Source: Guillardia theta CCMP2712 (taxonomy: Eukaryota > Protista > Cryptophyta). Taken from it: a stretch of 64,000 bases of DNA. Numbering within the stretch: the first letter of the stretch is position 1; every line of letters begins with the position of its first letter. The position numbers were made by a program, and so were the translations under genes. This document shows, one piece after another, positions 49,700-61,278 of this stretch. A model generated the notes under the pieces. It saw nothing but the letters and a program-made list of their open reading frames with translations. It had not been told where the DNA came from and ran no database searches. The stretch is from positions 366,938-430,937 of the forward strand of contig NW_005434668.1 in the NCBI RefSeq assembly GCF_000315625.1. Direction: 5' to 3'.

Positions 49700-51836
49700 A
49701 TCGGTCACCAGCATATTTCACCATGATGCGCTGCTCGGACTGGCGGTTCCTTACAGGCAGCAGTTTCTCCAACGGGACACCCTGACAAGTTCGGATGTCA
49801 GACAGCTGGAGAGCGCGAGCTCATCAACCTCCCATGCATGGCTGGACTTGATCATTTCCCGCCGCTTGCTCGGAGACATGTAGGATGCAGCCATGCTCTC
49901 TTCGTCGCTCTCGTGCCGCGAGTCAGCGAGACTGACCTCTTGAGACGCCATTAGATGCCGCAAACTGCAGAGAACCGAGAGGCTCACCCGGACTCCGCTG
50001 CCACTGTCTATCAGCCAGTGTCTCGATGGACTGTCTTCTCGACACGGCCACGTGCTCGACTCGCTTCTTGCTTCGCTCTGCCTGCAGCTGGTGATCGTCA
50101 CAAAGCATGTCCAAGGATTGAGTTTGACTTGGCACCTCAAGCTTGAGCTCAGCGACCGTCGCCCTCAATCTCGACAGCTCATCTCTCAGCTGGTAGTCAT
50201 CATCGTGATACCTCTCCTGCTTCATCTGCGAGCCAAGTTCGTCACATTTCCAGGAGATTGACGGGAGATCTGCCTTCTTCAGCTCGACCTCGGCCCGAGT
50301 GCGTTTGAGCACTTCTTGCTGTGCGTCGTGTTGTCAGTTGATGAATGAATTGAAACTTGCTAGTCGCCACCAGAACCTTCACAATCCTTTTCATCACCAT
50401 CACCATCACCATCACCATCACCATCACCATCACCATCGGCATCACATCCATCATCACAATCACCACCATCAGCGTCAATTTCTCCATTTTCAATGCTTCC
50501 AGTTTCCTTCAGCGCCATCATCGTTTCCTTACATCGAGGTCCACGATGACTTTTCTCAGCAGACTCTGTCGGTGCAAGTCAAGAACCGGCATGGTAGCTG
50601 GAAGAACGAATTACCTTCGCCTCGTCCAAATCTCTTAGGCGATCGACGAGATGGAGGAGAGGAGGGAACGAGACAGGAAAGGAATCAGCCGCTGCTGCCG
50701 CAGACCCTTCTTCATGCGCTGAACGTCTGAACTTCACGATCAGTCTCAACAGAACAGGCCATCCCTTCACGTGCCTTGCAAGCGCATCGAGCTCGACTTC
50801 ATTCGCCTCCTCCCCACCTGATGTACTCTGAGTTGAGGAAGAGGAGGAGGAGGAGAGCAGGGGGGATATGGTTTCAATACAGGACTTCATTCGCCTCCTC
50901 CCCCACCTGAAGTACTCTGAGTTAAGAGGGAGGAGGGAGGAGAGAGTGGAGAAAGAGGAGGAAGGAGGGAGAAAGGAGGGGGGAGGGGGGAGGAGGGAGG
51001 AGGGATGAGGGATGAGGGAGGAGGGAGGAGAGAGTGGAGAAAGAGGAGGAGGAAGCATCGCCACCTGAGAACCCTTCCACGTATCGCCGTTGGAGGAGGT
51101 CGAGAAATTGCTGCCCGTCTCTTGCCATGAGGAGCTCACTGAGGTAGAGAGTCATGCCCTTCCTCTCTCCAGCAAACATTCGCCATCATCATCATCATCG
51201 CTCGTACCGTTCAAGAGGATTGTCATGATATGTAATCTTGGTCAGACTTCCTCTCATTCCTCGGTATCCATGCTAGTGCGCACAATCACCTAGCAGCAAA
51301 CATGGCAGAACTCGAACCTTGGGCACGGGTGAGAGCGCGCCGAGTGAGGGGGAGATGCTGCGAAACTGGTTGGCGTGCAGCTCGAGGGTCTGGAGTCGGA
51401 GGAGGTTGCTGATGCTCGGCGGCAGGTAGGAGAGCTTGTTGTGGTGGAGAGCGAGGACCCTCAGGTTGACTAGGTAACCGATGGAGGTCGGGATCAGCTG
51501 CAGCTCATTCTCTTGCATCTGCAGCCTCTCCAGCCGTGTCATGTGGCAGAGAACATCTGGGAAGCTCGAGAAGCTGTTCCTTGCCAGGTTGACGGCAAGG
51601 AGACTCGCAAGGCTCGTCATGCTCTCGGGGAGGGCCTTGAGCTGGTTGAACGCCAGGTTGATCGAGGTGATGTGCCTGCAACTACAGACGCTCGTCGGCA
51701 AGTTGACGAGCCTCTCGTTGTAGAGGAAGAGGTCGGTCTCCCGGGTTTCAATGCACTCTTGTATCCTGTCCTTGACCTTCCTCCTCTCTCGCTCCCACTC
51801 CTGCTCCCATCCAAAGTCGCTCACAGACTCCTCCAT
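49700..51836 (-). CDS. leucine-rich-repeat protein with a C-terminal coiled coil, multi-exon; 3' end approximate
   Basis: About 6 LxxLxLxxNxLxxLP units (51273-51863 ORF); downstream exons include the 49923-50312 coiled coil. Confidence 0.7.
50393..50470. repeat. (CACCAT)n microsatellite, probably intronic
   Basis: Directly visible. Confidence 0.85.
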
Positions 51837-52296
51837 GGCCGAGAGATTCACACGGGAGAACAAGAGAGGTGGGGAAGTAGCTGCAAGAGAGATGGAGGAT
51901 AGCAGGAGAACCGATCACGACAAACACAATGCTGGGTAGCAAGAGCGGAAGGAGGCATGAGAGAGGCAAGGAGCTAATCCGTTGCGAGGTAGAAGGGGGT
52001 GGTGGTGGTGGATGAAGGAGGAGGAGAGATGGTGCGTGTGGGGGGATGGGGAGNNNNNNNNNNNNNNNNNNNNNNNNNNNNNNNNNNNNNNNNNNNNNNN
52101 NNNNNNNNNNNNNNNNNNNNNNNNNNNNNNNNNNNNNNNNNNNNNNNNNNNNNGAATCGTGACATACCAGCATACACATCTACTATATTTTCACAACTGT
52201 AATTACAGCAAATTAGCATATTCTCAGGATATAGGGTAATCCTCCTCCGACCATATCTGCTCCAAATTTCCCATTCCCTCCTCCCCTTCCCCATCT

Positions 52297-52369
52297 CTCC
52301 TCCTCCTCCTCCTCCTCCTCCTCCTCCTCCTCCTCCTCCTCCTCCTCCTCCATGATCATGATTATTGTG

Positions 52370-52410
<41 letters not shown>
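52297..52410. repeat. (CCT)n followed by (CTG)n microsatellites
   Basis: Directly visible. Confidence 0.9.
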
Positions 52411-52444
52411 ACTCCCTGGCTCATTCACTTACGCTTATCCTGGC

Positions 52445-54975
52445 ATCTCCCCGAGCATACTGGGCTCTCACTCCTATGTTATCCTCGACCCCACCACGAA
52501 CGATCCCGCCGGCTTCCCTCCCCCTCCCCGCTGCATCCTACTTCACAGTCAGTTGCCTCCTGCCCCCCTCCAGCGCCAGCTCAACCTTCTGCGGACGATC
52601 GCCATGCCGAGAGCGAGGACGAAGAAGAAGACGCCGATCAGTGCGACACTGCGGCGACATCAAGAGCAAGAGGAGGAGGAGGAGATGCGTACAGAAGTCC
52701 AGCCCACCATGGCGGCCCTCCGTTACGCGACCTTNNNNNNNNNNNNNNNNNNNNNNNNNNNNNNNNNNNNNNNNNNNNNNNNNNNNNNNNNNNNNNNNNN
52801 NNNNNNNNNNNNNNNNNNNNNNNNNNNNNNNNNNNNNNNNNNNNNNNNNNNNNNNNNNNNNNNNNNNNNNNNNNNNNNNNNNNNNNNNNNNNNNNNNNNN
52901 NNNNNNNNNNNNNNNNNNNNNNNNNNNNNNNNNNNNNNNNNNNNNNNNNNNNNNNNNNNNNNNNNNNNNNNNNNNNNNNNNNNNNNNNNNNNNNNNNNNN
53001 NNNNNNNNNNNNNNNNNNNNNNNNNNNNNNNNNNNNNNNNNNNNNNNNNNNNNNNNNNNNNNNNNNNNNNNNNNNNNNNNNNNNNNNNNNNNNNNNNNNN
53101 NNNNNNNNNNNNNNNNNNNNNNNNNNNNNNNNNNNNNNNNNNNNNNNNNNNNNNNNNNNNNNNNNNNNNNNNNNNNNNNNNNNNNNNNNNNNNNNNNNNN
53201 NNNNNNNNNNNNNNNNNNNNNNNNNNNNNNNNNNNNNNNNNNNNNNNNNNNNNNNNNNNNNNNNNNNNNNNNNNNNNNNNNNNNNNNNNNNNNNNNNNNN
53301 NNNNNNNNNNNNNNNNNNNNNNNNNNNNNNNNNNNNNNNNNNNNNNNNNNNNNNNNNNNNNNNNNNNNNNNNNNNNNNNNNNNNNNNNNNNNNNNNNNNN
53401 NNNNNNNNNNNNNNNNNNNNNNNNNNNNNNNNNNNNNNNNNNNNNNNNNNNNNNNNNNNNNNNNNNNNNNNNNNNNNNNNNNNNNNNNNNNNNNNNNNNN
53501 NNNNNNNNNNNNNNNNNNNNNNNNNNNNNNNNNNNNNNNNNNNNNNNNNNNNNNNNNNNNNNNNNNNNNNNGCAGGAGCAGGAGCAGGAGGAGCAGGAGG
53601 AGGACGAGTAGTAGGAGGAGGAGCAGGAGGAGAAGTAAAGAAGCTGGAGGGTCATTGGGTTGGGAGGATCACCAGCTCGAAGGTCTGCGGTGGCCTCCCG
53701 ATGGAAACAGGAACGAGGAAGGTAAGACGATGCTCGTCGAGGAGCGGGACTCTGCGGATGATGGGCTGGCAAGGAAGATGATAAGCTGGAAATACATGAG
53801 GGGGAAGGGGAAGGGAGGACGGGGGAGAGTGGAGGAGGAAGAGGAGGAGAACGGAGAGGGAGCGGGGGGAAGGGGAGAGAGAGAAAAGGAAGGAGAGGAG
53901 AAGGCAGAAGGAGCCGGGAGCGGGGAGGGGGGGGAGTCTGGAACCTGTCTCTTGACATGGCCAACGAAGGAAGAAGGATCTCCAAATTTGCCGAGAGCAT
54001 AGTTGGGGTTGCGAGGTGCAAGAAAAATCTCCGGCTTCCCCTCCGGTTGCCAGCGGAACACAACAGCACACGCCTAAACCCTTGCATGAGAGGGGGAGAG
54101 AGGAAGGAAGAGTAAGGAAGGAGGAGGAGAAGAAGAGAAAAAGAGAGGAGAAGAGACGAGGAAGAGGAGAAAGGAGGAGAGGAGGAGGAGAGAGGAAAAG
54201 AGACGAGGAGGAGAGAGGAGGAGAGAGGAGGAGGAGACATGAGGAGAGAGGAGGAGGCCTGATTTGGATATACACTTTCGATAGAGGAACAGCGCTTTTT
54301 CTTTTTTTCTTTTGGAAACGCTGTGATTTTCTTGCTTTCTTCTTGACTACCCTCGTTCCTCTCTTCCTCCAAATACTTCTTTTCCTGGCGCAAATATCTG
54401 TCTTGCGACANNNNNNNNNNNNNNNNNNNNNNNNNNNNNNNNNNNNNNNNNNNNNNNNNNNNNNNNNNNNNNNNNNNNNNNNNNNNNNNNNNNNNNNNNN
54501 NNNNNNNNNNCTCCGAGCTGATCGAGAATGAGGATGGCGAAGACGGTGGAGGGGGGGGGGAGGAGGATGGAAGCGACAGGGAGAGGACGATCAGACAAGA
54601 AACCAGAGGCAAAGGAGGAAGGGAGCGCATTGTGAAAGGAGGAGAGAGAAAAAAGGAAGGGAGGAGGGAGGAGGGAGGCAAAGTTGACCTGGAGCTCTGC
54701 AGTAGAGTTGGAGGTAAGGAAGGAGAACGAGGGTTCCGGGACAGGCTTTCCTATCGGACCATGATCTCCTGATACCTGCGCCATCCTTAGGCCGCCAGCA
54801 GGGGCAACCTCCTCCTCTCCTCCCGAGCTCACGTTGGCGAGGGAGAGGAAGAAAGGAGGAAGAGGCGGAGCTGAGCCGGGAACACGCGCAGGTGCTGGTC
54901 CGAAACCTGGGAGGCGAGAGGAGGAGGAGGAGGAGGAGGAGGAGGAGAACGTCAGGCTCGCGCTACAAGAATGAT
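52445..54975 (+). CDS. fragments of a possible low-complexity hypothetical gene interrupted by N-gaps
   Basis: Open stretches on both sides of the gaps (VILDPTTNDPAGFP...; SKEAGGSLGW...; ELIENEDGE...); cannot be assembled. Confidence 0.25.
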
Positions 54976-55022
54976 TTACATCGCGCATGCTTCTCATCAT
55001 CCGAAGCAGCGATGCACAAATT

Positions 55023-55065
55023 TCCTGCTCCTGCTCCTGCGCCTGCGCCTGCGCCTGCGCCTGCG

Positions 55066-55130
<65 letters not shown>
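55023..55130. repeat. (CTCCTG/CGCCTG)n hexamer microsatellite
   Basis: Directly visible; the same motif occurs on the other strand at 11921-11968. Confidence 0.9.
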
Positions 55131-55199
55131 CCTTTCTTCCCCTCCTGTTCCCCGGGAGCTCCTTGTCCTCCTGTACCTGCAATCCCCCGCTCCATCCCA

Positions 55200-57430
55200 G
55201 CATCCCCGTGATGGGTAGTTAATGGCATCCGAACGGAGCGAGGGAACCTGTATCCTCCGATGTCGATCAAAGTCCTGCTCGAAAAAATCAGCTTTTCAAA
55301 GGCACTTTTTCCATTCTCCTTCCTCCTCCCTCTCCCTGCTCTCTCCTCCCCCCGGTCTCTTCNNNNNNNNNNNNNNNNNNNNNNNNNNNNNNNNNNNNNN
55401 NNNNNNNNNNNNNNNNNNNNNNNNNNNNNNNNNNNNNNNNNNNNNNNNNNNNNNNNNNNNNNNNNNNNNNNNNNNNNNNNNNNNNNNNNNNNNNNNNNNN
55501 NNNNNNNNNNNNNNNNNNNNNNNNNNNNNNNNNNNNNNNNNNNNNNNNNNNNNNNNNNNNNNNNNNNNNNNNNNNNNNNNNNNNNNNNNNNNNNNNNNNN
55601 NNNNNNNNNNNNNNNNNNNNNNNNNNNNNNNNNNNNNNNNNNNNNNNNNNNNNNNNNNNNNNNNNNNNNNNNNNNNNNNNNNNNNNNNNNNNNNNNNNNN
55701 NNNNNNNNNNNNNNNNNNNNNNNNNNNNNNNNNNNNNNNNNNNNNNNNNNNNNNNNNNNNNNNNNNNNNNNNNNNNNNNNNNNNNNNNNNNNNNNNNNNN
55801 NNNNNNNNNNNNNNNNNNNNNNNNNNNNNNNNNNNNNNNNNNNNNNNNNNNNNNNNNNNNNNNNNNNNNNNNNNNNNNNNNNNNNNNNNNNNNNNNNNNN
55901 NNNNNNNNNNNNNNNNNNNNNNNNNNNNNNNNNNNNNNNNNNNNNNNNNNNNNNNNNNNNNNNNNNNNNNNNNNNNNNNNNNNNNNNNNNNNNNNNNNNN
56001 NNNNNNNNNNNNNNNNNNNNNNNNNNNNNNNNNNNNNNNNNNNNNNNNNNNNNNNNNNNNNNNNNNNNNNNNNNNNNNNNNNNNNNNNNNNNNNNNNNNN
56101 NNNNNNNNNNNNNNNNNNNNNNNNNAGCATAGCAGGCACGCTCAGCAGTCAGGCATGAACACACAAAAACCTGTCTGGTATGATCGCCGGCAGGAGGGCA
56201 ATCCAGCTCGACGGCCTCAGTTTAAGTGCACGAAAGTACCCAGAGCCCCGGTGGGCATCTCGGTCGAGCTTCCGTTTCTCAGAGAGAAAAGCAGGGCCTC
56301 TAAGTTCACAGTCTACCTGATCCAGACAGCCGGCATTACGAGGTTGAGTTCATGTCTTATGCCAGTCACGTGAGGGAGCCGGAGCGCGGCCGTGGGGGAG
56401 TCAGAGGAAGGGAAAGGAGACAAGAAAGGATGGCAGGAGAGGAGAGAGAGAATACAGGAGAGGAGGTGAGGAGGAGAGGAGGTGAGCTCTTGGGTGTTGC
56501 TTTACCTCTTGCTCGTGTGGTAGAGGCTGGAGATGGAGGAGCAGGCTTGAGCAAGCACGAGGACGAGGAGCGAACGGATGCTGAGGGAGGTGAAGGGCCT
56601 CATCGGCATCACAGGAGGGTGAAGTCTAGAGGATGGCAGCTCACATGCACGTGAGGAACGTGTACCGTTGCGAGAGGGAGGAAGAGCAAGGAGGAGGGAG
56701 GGAGGGAGAGGAGGGAGAGGAGGTAGGGAGAGGAGGTAGGGAGAGGAGGTAGGGAGAGGAGGTAGGGAGAGGAGGTAGGGAGAGGAGGGAGGGAGGGAGT
56801 TTCGAAGTTATGGCTCCTTCATCTCCTCCCAGTAGGATCTACTTTTCAGTGGGACGACGATGCGAGAACTCGGGATCTGACACACCAACATGTGAGCAAG
56901 AATAAACATGTGACATGTCCTGAAGACACTCCTCTCTCTCCTCCCTTCTCCTCCTTTCCTCTCCTCTTCCTTCCTCTCCTCTTCCTCCTTTCTCAACACT
57001 CTTCGCCCTCGCCCCAGCCGGTTCTACCTTGGAGCAGCAATAAAATCCTAACGGACTTCGAGGAATTCAATTCATCACCACAGGGAGCGAGACAAGACTA
57101 TCATGCCACATGCTATCCTACTCAGAACAGAGCAGCTTCACTGACCTGCTCTTGTCCTCCTTCTCTCCTCTCCTCCCCCTCCCTCCCTCCCTCCCTCCCT
57201 CTCCATTCCACTTGCATTGTCGGAGAATATTATGTCCCCAGGGTTTCTCACAGGAGGTCCTTCTATTTCGAGACAAAAGTTATCAGTTGCAACGATTTCA
57301 ATTTTAATTAAACATTTGTACCAATTATCAACAATGACTAAATTATGGAGTCTCAATAGTACCTTTGCCAACCCACCACCCACCTTCCTTTGGAGTACAG
57401 ATATGGCCATTACGTCATCACCAAAAGCTG
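55200..57430 (-). CDS. possible multi-exon hypothetical protein spanning a gap
   Basis: Protein-like frames (KVLLRLHNLVIVDNWYKCLIKIEIV..., QIPSSRIVVPLKSRSYWEEM, FEKLIFSSRTLIDIGGYRF) separated by GA-rich intron-like tracts. Confidence 0.3.
56717..56790. repeat. 13-bp tandem repeat (gaggaggtaggga), ~5 copies
   Basis: Directly visible. Confidence 0.85.
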
Positions 57431-57450
57431 TCTTGCAAGCTCAAATCTTG

Positions 57451-57452
<2 letters not shown>

Positions 57453-57510
<58 letters not shown>
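57453..57510. repeat. (CTG)n microsatellite
   Basis: Directly visible. Confidence 0.9.
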
Positions 57511-57511
<1 letters not shown>

Positions 57512-57797
57512 CTTCTCACTCCCTCCTGTATCCCACCAGCTTCCAAACTATGCCTATCGTCCTGGTCTTCATTGACTTCCTCCTATTCTCTGCGCATCGT
57601 CGTACCCGCCTGCGACTTGACTTCCTTTTGTCCAAATGGTCGCCACCTCCTGCCAGCCCTGGTCCCTCACACGATCCTCCCACCTCCCTGCTCATTCTCG
57701 ACTGCTCTCGTCACGGGCTCCCCCGACAGCCACTGACAACGATGATAGTCCGTCTGTCTTCCTGCTGCTGCTGCTGCTGGTGCTGCTGCTGCTGCCT

Positions 57798-58603
57798 TCA
57801 AGGAATCTCTTCAGACCGGCTCGCCCTCCTCAGCCTCTGATAGTTCACCACTCGCTGGATGCACCTCTCTGCAAGATCCTTGGAGATCGAGGAGCTCTGA
57901 GACGACCTGCTTCCACTTCGCGGCAGCCCTTGCACCTCCTTCTGCTCGTCTTCCTTGGGCTCGGCCTCCTCAGCAGACGATGCGAGGAGGTCGGGGGTGA
58001 TGACGTCAGCGTTCTTGGCCTTCTCCTCGAACGCTCGCGCGACGTCGTAGATGGTGGGCCGCCGGGCGAACCTCTGCACGACGTCGTTGAAGCTGTGAAA
58101 CACTTCCTTGCTCCAGTCCTTCTCTCCCTCCTTCGCCATCCCATGGCGCGCGTTGTAAGTATCCATGACGATCGCCAGGAGCATGTTGAGGATGATGAGC
58201 GTGACCAGGCAGACGTAGCCGGCGACCCACGTGAAGCCGATGGTGACGGTTTGCTGGTCGAGGGCCTTCATCTCCTGCCATGCCGACATGTCGGCCACCA
58301 GTAGCTCGAAGCAGGTGACGATGGAGTTGGAGATGCTCGAGAAGGCCTTGAGCTCGTGCCCGAACAACAGCGTCCCCATGCCGGCGAAGCAGAAGACGAT
58401 GGTCATGAACACGAGGACGAAGTGGAAGATGTCGGTGGAGGCCGCAGCGAAGGTGTCGAGGATGACGGCGAGCCTGGGCTGCACGCGAATGACGTCGAGG
58501 AACTGGAGGAGGAAGAAGAACAAGTTGAGAGAGCATACGATGCGGTACGACTGCAGGTCGCTTGTCACTTGGCTGATCCGATCCTGGAGTTGACGAGTCA
58601 GTG

Positions 58604-58643
<40 letters not shown>

Positions 58644-60124
58644 CCAGGGGGGGGGGGGGGGGGAAAAAAAAAAAAAGGTGGGGGAGAGAGATTGACCTGA
58701 ACTTCAACCTCGTGGAGGAGCATGCCCTCCGCAACCTTGCTCGTGATCTCTCTCGTCTCCTGCAGGAGACCCAGATGCCACCAGAAGGAGAGCACGTATG
58801 AGATGATCATGGAAGCGAGTGACAGGAGCTCCCAGAAGGTCGGCCAGCGGCCCTTGAGGACCCCGGGAAGGGTGGAGATCGTGAGGATGGAGTAGATTGC
58901 CAGCACCACATACCAACCAGCATCGCTCAGAGTCGCGTACCCACTGACCTTGTAAGGGTCGAGGAGGATCGAGGCGATGGAGAACTCTGTCCCGATGTAA
59001 CCTCCTCGTTCCACGTTGAGTTTCAGGATGGCCTCTGTGAAGACGCTCAACTCTCCGTTGTACAGGCTGACAACGATCTCGACCATGTCGGTCTGCCGGT
59101 CGATCCAGTGCCTTGCTTCGAGGTACCGGACCCTCTCTGCGACCAGCTTCGCCGCTAGCTTGTCGCTCAGCCAGAACCTGTACACGCCGTCCTCTGTGTC
59201 GTTCGTGAAACCCTCCGCCGCAGACGTTGCGTCGTGCAGCCCGATAGCTTCCTGGTAGCCTGACGCGTCCAGACACTGCATCCCGTCCTCGTGCTTTGCC
59301 GGCACGTTCTCGTAAGGAGGGCAGAGAGGAGTACCGTAAGGCTGGTTGTCAGGCTCCCGATCCTTTGGATGGCATTCAGAACCATAGAACGCGTCGAGCA
59401 CATGGATGGCACATGTGGCCGGTCGGGACCTCCGCTGCTGCAGCCTGACGCTGCCAAGGATGCGGTTGTACTGTGAGATCCTTCCCCAGTCAGCCTGGCT
59501 GAGCTGGTTGCCGACATGATCCGTCTGCACAAACGTGGTGGGCACAAAGACGTGCTCCATCCAGTCCCAGAACTCTCCGAGGCTGTGGATGTCCTGGAAG
59601 TGGGATATGGAGAGGTCCTTGCGGTCGGAGAACAAGTAGATGTGCTCCACCGCCCTCTCCACCTCGCACACTCTCGCTACGTCAACGTGGAACATGACGG
59701 AGGAGAAGAACGTTATGGTAAGGAGGACCACTAGAGGGATTCTGATGCAGCTCTCCCTTGTGCGCTTGCTCCTCGACAGGTACTCCATGAGCTCTTCTCT
59801 CCCGATCTCCAGCTGATCGCGGATGTTCCGAGCAGCTGAAGTTGCTCGTCTGATCGAGCCAGGAGCTTCTCCGTCATCGTTTGCGCTCGTGGCCACTCGC
59901 TGGTACTCCCCATCGCCCAACCCCTGCATCAGGTTGGTCCGGGAATCGAAGTTATTCATGTTGACTTCTTGCCCGTCCATGTTGACTTGCACGTCTGAAG
60001 TTGGTAAGATCCTCCGCGATGAAGCCCATTGTGATGAATTCTCACTCTCCATGACTGCGACAGGCATTTCAGTGTACGAACTGGTCGGGGTATTTCGCAA
60101 GCTCGTGCGTTGAACAGCCGGCAC
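57798..60124 (-). CDS. PKD2: polycystin-2-like (TRPP) cation channel, at least 2 exons; start uncertain
   Basis: TOP domain FWDWMEHVFVP, NRILGSVRLQQRR..C, and LEARHWIDRQT..VEI...YNGE. S5-pore-S6 reads FAGMGTLLFGHELKAFSSISNSIVTCF...LNMLLAIVMDTY. The intron carries (GCAG)n and G/A homopolymer tracts. Confidence 0.88.
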
Positions 60125-60730
60125 AGCTTGACATTGCTGAGACGATCTACAGTTCTATACTATAACAATGTAAAATTCTTTCATTAACTCATGCACGATT
60201 GCGCTCTACATATGCAGCCACCTATCTCACACCTTTTACTTCTCCCATGTCTGCCCTATATTTCTGTTTGAGGCTATCATCTTATATCACTTTGTTTCAT
60301 CTCAATCATCAACTAGCGCGCACAATTGTTCGATCTCTTCACTTTCTTCCGACTTCCTTCAGTTTGATCAGCAAAGCACATCCTATTACTCCCGCTTCCC
60401 CATGACTGTCATCGTATAGGGCTTCCTTCTTCATCGCGGCTGCATCTCCCTCATCTTTCTCCTCCTCCTCCTCCTCCTCCTCCTCCTCCTCCTCTCCTTC
60501 CACCTCCTCCTCTCCCCCCCCCTCCTCCTCCTCCTCCTCTCCTTCCACCTCCTCCTCTCCCCCCTCCTCCTCCCCTCCCCTCCCTCAGCTTGTTGCAACT
60601 TTCATCTCGCCATTCCCCAATACAAATGACCCCCCCTAAAAAGATTTGCAGGGGTACCACCACCATATACTGCTCATTGCGGTGGAATGGGGGGGTAGGG
60701 GTGACCCTCCATAGTTGAGTAAAAGTCTTA

Positions 60731-61112
60731 GGCCCGTTTCCCGCCGGCTCCCAGATTCCAGATTTTTGACTTTATTCAAACTAATTTGAAATTTACCCCG
60801 AAATATTCACCGGTGCTTTCAATACATACTGACAGGGGGTGGGTCCACTGCCTGTTCATATTTGATGCTCCCAGCGTACCCTCCCTACCTTCTAACAATT
60901 TTTCTCGATTGAGCTAATAGTATATTTCCATATAGTGCCTGCCCATTCGAAAAGCAAAATCTGGGAAAGTCAACCGCATCGTTTCATTCTCAAATTAAAA
61001 TGACTTATAGTTGAGTTCTCCAAAACATTTGGAGTAGAAAAAAAAGAATTTGACTTATATTTGTATGAAAAAATCTGGAATCTGGAATCTGGGAGCCGGC
61101 GGGAAACGGGCC
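60731..61112. mobile_element. non-autonomous PIF/Harbinger (Tourist-like) MITE, 382 bp
   Basis: 34-bp perfect TIRs GGCCCGTTTCCCGCCGGCTCCCAGATTCCAGATT; TTA direct repeats at 60728-60730 and 61113-61115; AT-rich non-coding interior. Confidence 0.88.
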
Positions 61113-61278
61113 TTAGAGCTTCTCCGGAGTTCCCAGGCTGTTCCCCGGAATCTCAATGGGACTTAGAGGAGATGAGGGCTAAATAGGATCAGGGTGGGGA
61201 TGAGGGCTGTTCCCGGAGCCGCCCCGACCGTTGAAAGACCTAGTCACGTCAGCGCAGGCGAACCTGCAGGCGAACGGG

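Noticed and set aside
50299-50730. Poly-His ORF on the + strand
   Set aside because: A (CACCAT)n microsatellite antisense to the LRR gene.
52352-56373. Long ORFs (up to 652 aa) in the ORF track
   Set aside because: They read through N-gaps and microsatellites and are artefacts.
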